A stretch of DNA of 39,707 nucleotides from an uncultured Clostridia bacterium (GCA_944388725.1 CALXJW010000002.1:1-39707); one strand, 5' to 3'; shown: positions 24,814 to 35,201, counted from the first letter of the stretch. The notes: generated from the sequence alone by a model not told the origin. Translations and numbers: made by a program.

Positions 24814-26043
24814 TTATTTTAGCAATAATATTATATTAATTGCATTTATTATTAATGTTATTACTAATAATATTACTATGCCCATATTGGTCTTTGAACT
24901 TTTTTCAATATTCAATTCTTTATATAATATATCATATTTATTTTTTGTATCGTAGTATAAGTTATTTAATTCTAATACATCTTTTAAATATTGATAATAT
25001 AATGACCCTGTATCTTCCAAGGTAATTTCATTTATCCATAATGTTTGTGTGAATTTGATAAACTCTTTCCTTATTTTATTCACTTTAGTCCCTTGCCTAA
25101 ATTGAATATTTATCTTTTTTAAATATATTTTTGTATATATTGCCATTATATATGTATATAAATATTGTTCTTCAAATTCTTGAGGAAATACTGTATAATT
25201 ATTTAAATCACAACTTGAGCTAAATAATGTTACTCCCTGTTTTGTTATTCCTAATTTAGCATATTTCCATTTTGAAATTACTTTTATATTTTCTTTAGAA
25301 TAATTAACGCTATTATCACTTGGTAATATATTTAAAAACTTCATATAACTGTTCTTAATTTTATCAAATTCATTTGTATTATTCCAATTTTCTTGTTCTA
25401 TGCATACATATGAATATGTTAAAAATCTTTCAGTATCAATATCTAATTTTAATGATTCTAGGCTTGGACCTGTTAAATTTTCAATAAACTCTTTAAAATA
25501 TTTAACATCATCAAAAAAATCTGTTTGAACTCTTATATTATCATAATTGTTCATATTTGCAAATTCTTGATTTATATCTCTAAATTTATAATTAAAGTTT
25601 AACAAATCACAAAATTTATTACTTTCTTCAATATTAGTTTTTATTGCTAAAAAACATATTCCTGTATTAAAACATATTATTTCTATTTTTGATATTTTGA
25701 AAAATATACCATTTCTTTCTTCTGTTTTTCCCTGAATATCTTTCTTTATATTATATTCAAATATTGTACAAGGATTTTTTGCCAATATGGCTGCTTTTGT
25801 TTCTAATGGTAATTCTTCTAGTTTTAATAGTCTTGATTTACTTAAGTTAAAACTATGAAACATATATTCCCTTGCTCTATGAGCAAAAAATGAATATAAA
25901 TCTAAATCTTTATCTTTTCTAAATGTTCTTAATTTACAGTTTTCATCTTTTAACAATTTTAATAAGTATTTTATATATCTAGTTTCTTTTACTGCATATG
26001 GATATATAAAATATGTATACTGATACTTTGTCTTTAGCTCCAT
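24814..26043 (-). CDS. 409-aa hypothetical protein with a single C-terminal transmembrane anchor
   Basis: A soluble alpha/beta-looking N-terminal part and long helical segments, ending in 'MGIVILLVITLIINAINIILLL'. No catalytic motif recognised. Confidence 0.65.
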   Translation of the reverse strand: MELKTKYQYTYFIYPYAVKETRYIKYLLKLLKDENCKLRTFRKDKDLDLYSFFAHRAREYMFHSFNLSKSRLLKLEELPLETKAAILAKNPCTIFEYNIKKDIQGKTEERNGIFFKISKIEIICFNTGICFLAIKTNIEESNKFCDLLNFNYKFRDINQEFANMNNYDNIRVQTDFFDDVKYFKEFIENLTGPSLESLKLDIDTERFLTYSYVCIEQENWNNTNEFDKIKNSYMKFLNILPSDNSVNYSKENIKVISKWKYAKLGITKQGVTLFSSSCDLNNYTVFPQEFEEQYLYTYIMAIYTKIYLKKINIQFRQGTKVNKIRKEFIKFTQTLWINEITLEDTGSLYYQYLKDVLELNNLYYDTKNKYDILYKELNIEKSSKTNMGIVILLVITLIINAINIILLLK

Positions 26044-26067
26044 TTATTATAACGTTCCTTTCGATTA

Positions 26068-27576
26068 TTATTTTTCACAATAGTAATTCATATTTAAATC
26101 TTCTCCTAAGTGCCATTTTCCTATAAAATTTATTAATAAGTTATTTTCTAAATTATATTTTGGTTCTATTATTTCTTTTCCTTCACTATTTAATGAACCC
26201 CACAATCCATCTTTTTTTACTGCTACAAATCCATATTCGTTTTGTTCTGTCGCATCATCATAAATATATTCTACAACTACATTGCCTTTTTTATCCACAT
26301 AACCGTATTTCCCATCTTTTTTACTTAAAAATAGTGTATTATCTGTTAAAATTTCTGTATTTGGCTTTTCTTCACAATTAAAATTATAATATTTATATTC
26401 ATCATTTATTCGCATTCTTATATATGATTTTTCTGTATTTAATTCTGTTAATACACCTTCTATTTTTTTATTATAATCTTGATCAAATATTGATGTATTA
26501 TAATTTATATCTTCTGCTATAAAAAGATTAGCTTTATCATTATAAGCAATTTCTGTATATTCAAATGGGACTTTTATATTTTCATGTATGTCAATTATTC
26601 CATATTTATCATTCTGCTTTGCTAAATATATTCCTTCTTTTATTTCTTTTAAATCTTGATATTTTGATTCTATTAGTTTCTCACCTGAAGAATTTACTTC
26701 TCCATATAAATCATTTTCTTTTATTATAAATCCTCTTTGTGTAGGTGATTGCACTTGATTTACTAGATTTTCTAGTATTTGCTCACCAGACGAATTTATT
26801 ATTTTATCTACTCCATTTTCCTTAACTATGTAGTAATTATTTAAATATATTTGTTTTATTTCATCAAATTTATTTTCTAATATTTGTTTTTTTGTAGTAC
26901 TAATTAATCCATATTTATCTTGCTCATTAATTGTTATATATCCTTCTTTATATGTTTCTCCTAGATTAATTATTTCTTTATATAATGGTTCTATTATTAT
27001 ATTTCCTTTGTTATTTGCTAATCCTTTTTTTCCATCTTTGGTTAATATTAAACTATTTTCTATTCCCTTAAGTGTTGTTATTTCATCATATTCACATGGT
27101 AAAATTTCTTTTCCATCTAAATCTATTAGTCCATATTTTCCATTCTTTTTAACTCTTAATATTCCTTCTTCCAACCATATATTGTTGTTGTTATCAAAAT
27201 TTTCTAATACTTCTATTTGTTCATAATCCGTAAAAATTTCTTCGTTTTTACTATTTAATGCTTTTGTTTCATATTCTCCTGTTTCTTCATTTATATTATA
27301 CATGCAAAGAAATATATCCTTAGTTTTGTCTGGTATTATTATCATTTCTTGATATGATGGCTCTATTACTATATTGCCTTCTTGATTTATTACTCCCCAT
27401 TTATTTGATGCATATAATGCAAAATATTCATAATTTTCATTTGTAGCTTCTGTACTACTAAAAACTCCTTTTATTATAAATATGAACATTACTATTACTA
27501 CTATTGCTATAATTACTGCAAAAACTTTTTGATAATTTAATTGTCCTTCTGTTTCATATCTTTTACCTTTCCCCAT
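26068..27576 (-). CDS. membrane-anchored WG/KWG-repeat protein
   Basis: N-terminal TM helix 'VFAVIIAIVVIVMFIFII' followed by at least 8 repeats of the form 'GKYGLIDLDGKEILPCEYDEI', 'NKWGVINQEGNIVIEPSYQEM' and 'GLWGSLNSEGKEIIEPKY'. RBS 'ggagg'. Confidence 0.75.
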   Translation of the reverse strand: MGKGKRYETEGQLNYQKVFAVIIAIVVIVMFIFIIKGVFSSTEATNENYEYFALYASNKWGVINQEGNIVIEPSYQEMIIIPDKTKDIFLCMYNINEETGEYETKALNSKNEEIFTDYEQIEVLENFDNNNNIWLEEGILRVKKNGKYGLIDLDGKEILPCEYDEITTLKGIENSLILTKDGKKGLANNKGNIIIEPLYKEIINLGETYKEGYITINEQDKYGLISTTKKQILENKFDEIKQIYLNNYYIVKENGVDKIINSSGEQILENLVNQVQSPTQRGFIIKENDLYGEVNSSGEKLIESKYQDLKEIKEGIYLAKQNDKYGIIDIHENIKVPFEYTEIAYNDKANLFIAEDINYNTSIFDQDYNKKIEGVLTELNTEKSYIRMRINDEYKYYNFNCEEKPNTEILTDNTLFLSKKDGKYGYVDKKGNVVVEYIYDDATEQNEYGFVAVKKDGLWGSLNSEGKEIIEPKYNLENNLLINFIGKWHLGEDLNMNYYCEK

Positions 27577-27597
27577 CTTGACCTCCGAAATTGATTT

Positions 27598-30012
27598 CTA
27601 TTTTTTTGTCATTTTGCAAACCATTATGCTCATATCATCTTTTGCTATTCCATAATTGTTATCTATAGCTTCGTTTAATATGATGTCTGAAATTTTTTGA
27701 GGGTTTTCTGTTTCTATATCTTCTAACATATATTTAACCCATAATTCTTTATTTTTATATTCTACATTAGAATCTATTATTCCATCACTACACATTACTA
27801 ATATATCATTATTTTCTATGTCTTTATCATATGTTGTTAAATTAATCTCTTTTAATATTCCTGCTGGTAAACTTAAAGATTTTACTATTTGCACTCTTTT
27901 TTTATTCTTTATATATGTTGGACTTGCTCCATTTTTTATGAATTCTATTTTTCCATTATATAAATCTATTATTGCTATATCTAATGTTGCAAATATTTCT
28001 TCATTTGTATTCATAATGGTTGTATTTATTAAATCTATTGAAGTATTTTTATCAAAGCCTGTTAATAATAATCTTTCTAACATTTTTATAGCTATTTGAC
28101 TACTCTTTCTCGCTTCTGTACCAGATCCCATTCCATCACTTAATGCGATTAAATATTTCCCATCACTTAATCTTATTTGTAATATAGTGTCCCCTGATAC
28201 TGGACTATCTTTTTTTATTTTAGTTGCTTGTCCTATTTGTAAAATATATTTATCCTCTGATATATAACTAAATATTCTGTTTTCTCTTCGTCTTTGTTTT
28301 TTCATTTTTGATTCATTTAGCATTAATTTTTCGTTAATAACTTTTTCTAGAACTTTTTGAATTTTATCTATATCTGTATTTTCTGATATTTTACTTTCTT
28401 CTTTTAAATATACATCTATTAAATACCTATTTTCTTTCTTAGTGATTTCTATATCTTGTACAATTATATTTTTTTGTTCTAGCATAGCAATTGCTTGTTT
28501 TTTTTCATCAATGTAGTCTTTTTCCTTTTTTATTTCTTCTTCCATTTTTACAGCTATGCTTGATATAGCTTTTGAAACCCCATCCAATTGTGCTTGTACA
28601 TTTTTTTTGCTAGTTTTAACTTTTTCTTCCCAAATAAAATTTGTTTTACTTGTCTTATATGCATCATTGATTGCTTTAACTACTTTATTTATTTGTTCTT
28701 GTATTTTTATATTTGTTTTTTCATTTTCATATATTATATAATTATTAAATTTTTCAAATATTTTTATTAAATCTTGTGCACTTATTTCTTGTTTTTCTAC
28801 TAATGATTCAAATATTTCAGATATAATTGGGCTTTCTGTTTGTAGTAAATCTTCATATAATAAATTATCTTCTAATCCTTCCAAATTATTTAACAATTCT
28901 TTTATGAATTCTTGCTTATTTTTTTGAACAAAATCTAATAAAGTGTTTCCATTTTCTTCGGTTTCCGTATATGTTTCTGCTATATCTTTTATTGTTTCAG
29001 AAACCATATTTAATTGTGTTATTGTTTCATTACTTGTGTCTAGCGCTCTTTTATTATATTCTGGTAATAATATATCTTGTTGATTAAATTCTTCAATTGT
29101 AATTCCCATCCATTTTGGCATTGCTAGCAATCCTAATGATGCAATTAATACTTCTTTAAATATGATTAGATTTGATTCATTCCCCTGTGAAGCATATATT
29201 AATATTAAATTTCCTAATAAAAAGCCTAATATTACGCCTATCTTTCCAAGTCTATTAAGCATACCCGCAATCATCCCTGATATAGCATACACCGCTATTA
29301 TTTGAGGGTTGTACTGTGCTATAATTCCTAATGTAACACCTATTGTTACACCTGATGTTGTACCAATTAAAATTCCGTTTTTCCACCCCAATATTAAAAC
29401 TATTAAAATGCATAATATATTTCTTATTGATAAGCCTAAAATAGAAATTTCGCCTAATGATGATATTCCAATGGATAATAATAAACTTGCACCTATAACC
29501 TCTTCTATAGAAAAAGCATTTTTCTCTGTTATTCCTTTTATTACAGATATAGAATTAACAAATATCTTATAAAATACTACTGAAAACACTGCTAATGTTA
29601 TATTTAACAGTAATTCTCCTATTGTAAATTTTGTTAATATTAATTTAGCAGCCATTATAATTATTATACTCATAAAAATATGGCCTGCTATCTGCATTTG
29701 TTCATTTTTATATTCATCATTTTCTTTTGGGGGTTTTACACTTATTAGTACTAATAACATTATTATAATTATTGTATAATTTAATACTCCTGTTATTCCA
29801 GTTCCAACTAAATTACCTAATAATCCTGCTACTACAATACCAATAGCAGGTACTCCCCCTGCTAAACTTGCTCCTACTATTGCAATACTAAATGGCGAAA
29901 CTTCTTGTCCCATTCCAATTGTTGATACCATAAAGGATATTATATATATTATTACATTGTTTATATTAGCTAAATTTTTAAGTGATTTCATTATTGCGCT
30001 ATTTTTTGACAT
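27598..30012 (-). CDS. spoIIE: stage II sporulation protein E (PP2C phosphatase with polytopic N-terminal membrane domain)
   Basis: About 10 N-terminal TM helices, a central regulatory region, and a C-terminal PP2C domain with 'ALSDGMGSG' and 'LVMCSDGI'. I prefer the ATG at 30012, after 'gaggtgg', over the GTG at 30021. Confidence 0.9.
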   Translation of the reverse strand: MSKNSAIMKSLKNLANINNVIIYIISFMVSTIGMGQEVSPFSIAIVGASLAGGVPAIGIVVAGLLGNLVGTGITGVLNYTIIIIMLLVLISVKPPKENDEYKNEQMQIAGHIFMSIIIIMAAKLILTKFTIGELLLNITLAVFSVVFYKIFVNSISVIKGITEKNAFSIEEVIGASLLLSIGISSLGEISILGLSIRNILCILIVLILGWKNGILIGTTSGVTIGVTLGIIAQYNPQIIAVYAISGMIAGMLNRLGKIGVILGFLLGNLILIYASQGNESNLIIFKEVLIASLGLLAMPKWMGITIEEFNQQDILLPEYNKRALDTSNETITQLNMVSETIKDIAETYTETEENGNTLLDFVQKNKQEFIKELLNNLEGLEDNLLYEDLLQTESPIISEIFESLVEKQEISAQDLIKIFEKFNNYIIYENEKTNIKIQEQINKVVKAINDAYKTSKTNFIWEEKVKTSKKNVQAQLDGVSKAISSIAVKMEEEIKKEKDYIDEKKQAIAMLEQKNIIVQDIEITKKENRYLIDVYLKEESKISENTDIDKIQKVLEKVINEKLMLNESKMKKQRRRENRIFSYISEDKYILQIGQATKIKKDSPVSGDTILQIRLSDGKYLIALSDGMGSGTEARKSSQIAIKMLERLLLTGFDKNTSIDLINTTIMNTNEEIFATLDIAIIDLYNGKIEFIKNGASPTYIKNKKRVQIVKSLSLPAGILKEINLTTYDKDIENNDILVMCSDGIIDSNVEYKNKELWVKYMLEDIETENPQKISDIILNEAIDNNYGIAKDDMSIMVCKMTKK

Positions 30013-30275
30013 CCTTACCACCTCATAACTTTTTTATAGCAATAATTTTAATTCTTTTTTCTTGTGTTTTTTGTCTTTTTTGGTACTCTACTACAAAAAA
30101 GTTTTTTACATTTTGTGATATATATTTTTTATTTTTTTGGTTTTCTTCTATTTTACCGTTTATATTTTATTATAGTTTGTCAAAAATTACAAGGTTTTAA
30201 GGGAATTTTATTTAACATTTTAAAGTTTTTTTCATATTATATTTAATAATGAATAAATTGTTTAGAGGTGATTTT

Positions 30276-30716
30276 ATGTCTGATAAAATGGATGACCTAT
30301 TTAATAATGTAAAAAAAATGGTTGATAGTGGAAATATACCTGATGACATCAAAAAAGTGATGAATAATTTACAAAATTCTTCAAATTCTAATAATAATGA
30401 TATTAACAATATTTTAAATCAGGTCTCACCAGATATGATTAATAATTTAAATAATATGCTAAATAGTAATACTCAGTCAAATCAATCTTTCAATAATTCA
30501 AACAATATGAATATAGATATGAACACTATTCTGAAAATGAAAAATATTATGGATAATATGAACAAAAAAGATGATCCTCGCGCTAATTTATTACACTCTT
30601 TAAAACCATATTTAAGGGATTCTAGAAAAGATAAACTTGATCAATATGTGAATTTATTAAATATTTCTAAAATTGCTGATATTATGAATAATAATAAGGA
30701 GAATAAAAATGAATAG
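30276..30716 (+). CDS. Asn-rich low-complexity protein with a conserved-looking C-terminal segment
   Basis: The ATG at 30276 follows 'agaggtga'. The Asn/Ser-rich middle is followed by 'DPRANLLHSLKPYLRDSRKDKLDQYVNLLNISKIADIM'. Confidence 0.55.
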   Translation: MSDKMDDLFNNVKKMVDSGNIPDDIKKVMNNLQNSSNSNNNDINNILNQVSPDMINNLNNMLNSNTQSNQSFNNSNNMNIDMNTILKMKNIMDNMNKKDDPRANLLHSLKPYLRDSRKDKLDQYVNLLNISKIADIMNNNKENKNE

Positions 30717-30993
30717 ATTTCCTAAATATGGTTTTCCTTTTCCATATTTTAATCCATATAGAAACAATAATTTTTATACTAATCAATATTCTCAATTTTC
30801 AAATGTTAATTCTAATTGTAATAATATAACTTCGCATAAAAAGAAATATGAGGATGAGGTTTGGTTGGAATTATTTGGTATTAAATTATATTTCGATGAT
30901 GTCCTTATTTTGAGCCTTTTATTTTTCTTATATAAAGAAAATGTTAAAGATGAAGGATTATTCCTTGCTTTAGTTTTACTTCTTATAAGTTAA
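30709..30993 (+). CDS. small protein with an Asn/Tyr/Phe-rich N-terminus and hydrophobic C-terminal segments
   Basis: RBS 'aaggag'. The start overlaps the upstream stop by 8 nt, which suggests translational coupling. The C-terminus 'VLILSLLFFLY...LFLALVLLLIS' looks membrane-associated. Confidence 0.5.
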   Translation: MNRFPKYGFPFPYFNPYRNNNFYTNQYSQFSNVNSNCNNITSHKKKYEDEVWLELFGIKLYFDDVLILSLLFFLYKENVKDEGLFLALVLLLIS

Positions 30994-31002
30994 CAATTTT
31001 TT

Positions 31003-31030
31003 AAGGAGGCTTTTGCAATAAAACCTCCTT
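31003..31030. terminator. bidirectional terminator between the small plus-strand pair and minC
   Basis: AAGGAGG (31003-31009) pairs with CCTCCTT (31024-31030). It is flanked by T-runs on both sides. Confidence 0.65.
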
Positions 31031-31037
31031 TTATATT

Positions 31038-31649
31038 TTACTCTATTATGATTTGGTCATCTTTTACATAAATATATACATGTTCATATACTTGTTCATT
31101 TTTATCTATCTCTTTTACGATGTTTGATATTCTTAATTGTACTGCATCTAGTGTACTAGTCGCTATAATTGCTTCTTTATTTCCTTTAGCTCCTGCATGT
31201 GCTAATCCTCTAAGCGTTCCTATTATTACTATATTATCACCAGCTATAACTTCTGCTCCTGAATTCACATCTCCTATTATTACTATGCTTCCTTCTACTT
31301 CTATTTTTTGTCCTGAACGTAATGAACCTTTATGATAAATCGTTTCTGATGTTGCGACATCTTTTTTATAGCTTCTTGTTATACTATGTAATCCTAAACT
31401 TGTTGGTGTATCAAATCTTACTTTTACATTAATTTCTTTTTTTATTAGACTTTCTATTTCTTCTATTTCGCTATTTTTTAAAATTTTCCCTGTCACTCTT
31501 ATCGGAGTTTTTGAATCCTGATATAACTTTTTTAATTCTAATAATTTTATAGCTAATTCCTTTGTTATATCAGATTGTTCGGCATTATCATCTATTTTAA
31601 TTACTATTTCATCAGTTCTTAAATTAATACTAACACAATTCATTTTCAA
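31038..31649 (-). CDS. minC: septum site-determining protein MinC
   Basis: C-terminal beta-helix 'LRSGQKIEVEGSIVIIGDVNSGAEVIAGDNIVIIGTLRGLAHAGAKGN...AVQLRISN'. Confidence 0.9.
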   Translation of the reverse strand: MKMNCVSINLRTDEIVIKIDDNAEQSDITKELAIKLLELKKLYQDSKTPIRVTGKILKNSEIEEIESLIKKEINVKVRFDTPTSLGLHSITRSYKKDVATSETIYHKGSLRSGQKIEVEGSIVIIGDVNSGAEVIAGDNIVIIGTLRGLAHAGAKGNKEAIIATSTLDAVQLRISNIVKEIDKNEQVYEHVYIYVKDDQIIIE

Positions 31650-31679
31650 TTCTCCCTTTTTACGTTTAAATACTTTATA

Positions 31680-33815
31680 TTATCTGCTTTCTTCTGTATA
31701 TGGAATTGCTTGTGTATTTTCATTTACTTCATTTGTTTGATTCATTCCAAAATATTGAACAAGGATATCTCTTACTACTTCTGCTGAATAATTACCATGA
31801 GCTCCTCCTTCTATCATAACTACAACTGCAACTTCCGGATTTTCAAATGGTGCAAAACAAACAAACCATGCATTTACTGTTGAGCCGGTTTCTGCAGATC
31901 CTGTTTTTCCTGCAATTTCTACATTAAAATTTTTAAATATATTATATGCTGTTCCTCCAACTTCTTCTGTAACCATTCTCATTCCTTGTTTAGCTACTTC
32001 TATACTTTCTTGACTTACTTCAATATCATCTTCATAATTTTCTATTTCTAAATTTTCTTTCACATAATTTTCATATTCTTCTCTTGGCACCTCTATACCA
32101 TCTGCTTTTAATATTGTCTTAATTATTGTTGGGTTAATTTCTTTCCCTCCGTTAGCTATCATTGATATATATTTTGCTATTTGCATTGGTGTAAAATCAT
32201 TATAACTTTGTCCAATCGCTGCTGAAAGTGTATCTCCTGGATACCAACTTTCTCCATTATTTTTTTCGGCTTTTGTTTCTTTACTAGCAACAGACCCTTC
32301 TTTTTCACTTGGCAATTCTATTCCCGTCTTTCTTCCTAACCCAAAATGTAATGCATACTTGGCAAGTGTATCAATTCCTAATCTATCTCCTGTTTCATAA
32401 AAGAAATAATTACAAGAATGTTGTAATGCTTGTGTAACATTTATCCATCCATGCCCTCTATGATAATCTGTATAATACCAACAATTCCATGTTTCACCAT
32501 ATTTTTTATATACCCCTATATCATTAATTTTTTCTTTCGTTGTTATTACTCCTGATTCTAGTCCTGCAATCGCAGTTATCATTTTAAATACTGATCCTGG
32601 TGCATATGATGATTGTATTGTCTTATTTAATAGTGGATATGCTGGATTATCTCTAAGCGAATTCCATGTTTCTGTATCTATTCCTCCAACAAACCATTCA
32701 GGTTCATATGTTGGATAACTAGCTGCCGCTAATACTTCTCCTGTATTTACATTCATTACAACTGCCGAACCACTCTGTGTATCATATGTTTCTGCAAAAC
32801 CACCTTCCCTAATTTTCTTTATGCAATTTTCTAATGCTGTTTCTGTTACTTGTTGCAAATTAGAATCTATTGTTAGTACAATATCATTTCCTGCTATTGC
32901 TGCTTCGCTCACATATTCTCCAGTAATAGTTCCATCAACCGCCATATCTACCTGTTTTGTTCCATCTGTTCCTTTTAAATATTTTTCAAATATGTATTCA
33001 ACTCCTGTTTTCCCTACAACATCATCACTATCATATATATCTTTATTTTTGTTGTATTCTTCTTCACTAATTTTTCCTGTATAACCTAATACATGTGCAG
33101 CCAAACTTCCATGTGCATATGTTCTTACTGTATCTGTTTTTATACTAATTCCTGGAAATTCACTATTTCTTTCACTTATTTGCGCTACTATTTCATTACA
33201 TACATCTTCTGATATAGTTATTGATTTCGTTGCACTATATCCTGTTGTACTTATTTTATATCTCATCACTAATATTTTTCTTATTTCTTCTATGTTTTCA
33301 TTTGTAATACTATATTTATCCTTAAACTTATAAAATGCTTGTTCTGCACTTGCATTATCTTCTATTTTATATTTTGTTTTCCACTTTGCAAGTTCATCGC
33401 CATCTATTGTAAATTCAAATGGATTAATTTTTATTGGAAATGTATCTGAATATTTGGCTCCATATTGATCTAATAAATTAACTAATTTTAGAAGCGCAGA
33501 ATTTAATTCTTCGTCAGGCACATTGGTTTTATATAATTCTACTGTATTTTTAGTTCTTACTCCTGCCAATTCATTTCCTGCTCTATCTAATATTGATCCT
33601 CTTGAGGCTTCTATTGAACTTACCCTTGATAGCCTTGTATTAGATTGTTCCCTATATGTTTCACCATTTACAATTTGTAAATTAAATAATTGAAAAATTA
33701 ATATTATACCTATTAGATATACAAAAATAGTTATTATATTAAATCTTAAATTTACTCTTTGATTTTCTTCTTCTCCCCAAGTATTTTCTCTATCAAAGCT
33801 TATTCTATTATTCAA
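31680..33815 (-). CDS. mrdA: penicillin-binding protein 2 (elongasome transpeptidase)
   Basis: N-terminal TM helix and the motifs 'GSVFK' (SxxK), 'HSCN' (SxN) and 'GKTGSAE' (KTG). It sits directly downstream of mreD. Confidence 0.9.
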   Translation of the reverse strand: MNNRISFDRENTWGEEENQRVNLRFNIITIFVYLIGIILIFQLFNLQIVNGETYREQSNTRLSRVSSIEASRGSILDRAGNELAGVRTKNTVELYKTNVPDEELNSALLKLVNLLDQYGAKYSDTFPIKINPFEFTIDGDELAKWKTKYKIEDNASAEQAFYKFKDKYSITNENIEEIRKILVMRYKISTTGYSATKSITISEDVCNEIVAQISERNSEFPGISIKTDTVRTYAHGSLAAHVLGYTGKISEEEYNKNKDIYDSDDVVGKTGVEYIFEKYLKGTDGTKQVDMAVDGTITGEYVSEAAIAGNDIVLTIDSNLQQVTETALENCIKKIREGGFAETYDTQSGSAVVMNVNTGEVLAAASYPTYEPEWFVGGIDTETWNSLRDNPAYPLLNKTIQSSYAPGSVFKMITAIAGLESGVITTKEKINDIGVYKKYGETWNCWYYTDYHRGHGWINVTQALQHSCNYFFYETGDRLGIDTLAKYALHFGLGRKTGIELPSEKEGSVASKETKAEKNNGESWYPGDTLSAAIGQSYNDFTPMQIAKYISMIANGGKEINPTIIKTILKADGIEVPREEYENYVKENLEIENYEDDIEVSQESIEVAKQGMRMVTEEVGGTAYNIFKNFNVEIAGKTGSAETGSTVNAWFVCFAPFENPEVAVVVMIEGGAHGNYSAEVVRDILVQYFGMNQTNEVNENTQAIPYTEESR

Positions 33816-33829
33816 ATTTTCACCTTCTT

Positions 33830-34363
33830 TTAAAAATATCTTGTTAAAATTTTGTCACCTTTTATTTCGTTTTCTATCTCATATCCTGTTGTTTTCATTA
33901 ATGGATATAAAATTACTATTAATAATAAATTATATAAAACTTCTATTAATAAAATTTTTATAAATTCGATTATTTCTATATTTATTCCAATAACAAGATA
34001 TTGTATTATATATACTATAACTTCGTATATCACAGTACAAATGGCTCCCATAAACATTACAGTTATTCTACTATCTTTTGAAAAGTTTTTATCAAATATT
34101 CCTCCTAATAATCCTATTACTGCCAAAGCTATTGATGTTATACCCATTTTCTTTCCAATCCAAATATCTATAAATATTCCATATATTATTCCATATATTA
34201 TTCCATAACTTCTTCCCATGTATAATCCAATATATAACATCAAAATTATAAATAAATTAGGCATTATTCCTGCTATTCTAAAATTTGTAAAAAACATTGC
34301 TTGTAATAAATATATAATTATAAAAAAAATAATTAATACTATATGTATAATAAATTTTTTCAT
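33830..34363 (-). CDS. mreD: rod shape-determining protein MreD
   Basis: A 177-aa polytopic membrane protein located between mreC and mrdA. Confidence 0.8.
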   Translation of the reverse strand: MKKFIIHIVLIIFFIIIYLLQAMFFTNFRIAGIMPNLFIILMLYIGLYMGRSYGIIYGIIYGIFIDIWIGKKMGITSIALAVIGLLGGIFDKNFSKDSRITVMFMGAICTVIYEVIVYIIQYLVIGINIEIIEFIKILLIEVLYNLLLIVILYPLMKTTGYEIENEIKGDKILTRYF

Positions 34364-34372
34364 ATTTTACCT

Positions 34373-35191
34373 CTATTGATTTGTTATTACCAAAACTGTT
34401 TCTAATTTCTCAAAATCTACAGCTGTTTCAACTGTTGCATAAGTATCTGTCTTATTTGTTCCTTTTGTAATTTTTTTGATTTTTCCTATATGTATTCCTT
34501 TTACATATATTCCTCCTAATCCAGAAGTTTCTACACTATCTCCTTGGATAATATTTGCATTTGTTTCCATAACTGTTGCTTTTAAGTTTGAAGTATTGTC
34601 TATTGATCCTCTGCATATAATTGAGTCCCTTGTCGTGCTTGTTAAACAACTTGTAGCACTTGCACTATCAATTATTGTTTGTACTTTTGCTGTAGTCTCT
34701 GTTACTGATATAACATATCCTACTAATCCTTCATCTGCAATAACTGTCATCTTTTCTTGAATTCCATTTTTACTACCTATGTTAATTACTATTGTTTTTG
34801 AATAATTACTTATATCTCTAGATATTACTGTTCCTGGTACTGTTGTGTATTCTGAATACTTTTCAGCTAAATTTAATTGTTGTTTTAATTGTTCATTTTC
34901 ATTTTTTATAATTTCATATTCTCTAAGTGTCAATTCTAATTCACTATTTCTAGTCTTTAATTCTTCATTTTCCTTTTTTAATTCTTCAACATTTTCAAAA
35001 AACTTTTCATTATTATTTATTTTGTTTTTTAAATATGTTAAACCATTTTCTATTGGTGATATAAGCATTGTTGCTATATTTTCTATCATAGATATATTAT
35101 TTGAATTTGAGTTTGTAAAAATAACTAATAATATCAAAATTATTATTGTTATAATTACCCCTATTAATCCTCTACTTTTTTCTCTTTCCAT
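34373..35191 (-). CDS. mreC: rod shape-determining protein MreC
   Basis: TM helix, the coiled coil 'ELKKENEELKTRNSELE' and beta-barrel domains with 'GLGGIYVKGIHIGKI'. Confidence 0.9.
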   Translation of the reverse strand: MEREKSRGLIGVIITIIILILLVIFTNSNSNNISMIENIATMLISPIENGLTYLKNKINNNEKFFENVEELKKENEELKTRNSELELTLREYEIIKNENEQLKQQLNLAEKYSEYTTVPGTVISRDISNYSKTIVINIGSKNGIQEKMTVIADEGLVGYVISVTETTAKVQTIIDSASATSCLTSTTRDSIICRGSIDNTSNLKATVMETNANIIQGDSVETSGLGGIYVKGIHIGKIKKITKGTNKTDTYATVETAVDFEKLETVLVITNQ

Positions 35192-35201
35192 TTATATCTT
35201 C

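Noticed and set aside
30075-30105. Palindrome CTTTTTTG...CAAAAAAG in the spoIIE upstream region
   Set aside because: The stem consists only of A/T runs, so its stability is low. No gene upstream needs termination in either orientation.
30178-30184. Spo0A-box-like TGTCAAA upstream of spoIIE
   Set aside because: It is a single site with one mismatch to TGTCGAA in very AT-rich DNA, which is expected by chance. It is not enough to call a regulatory site.
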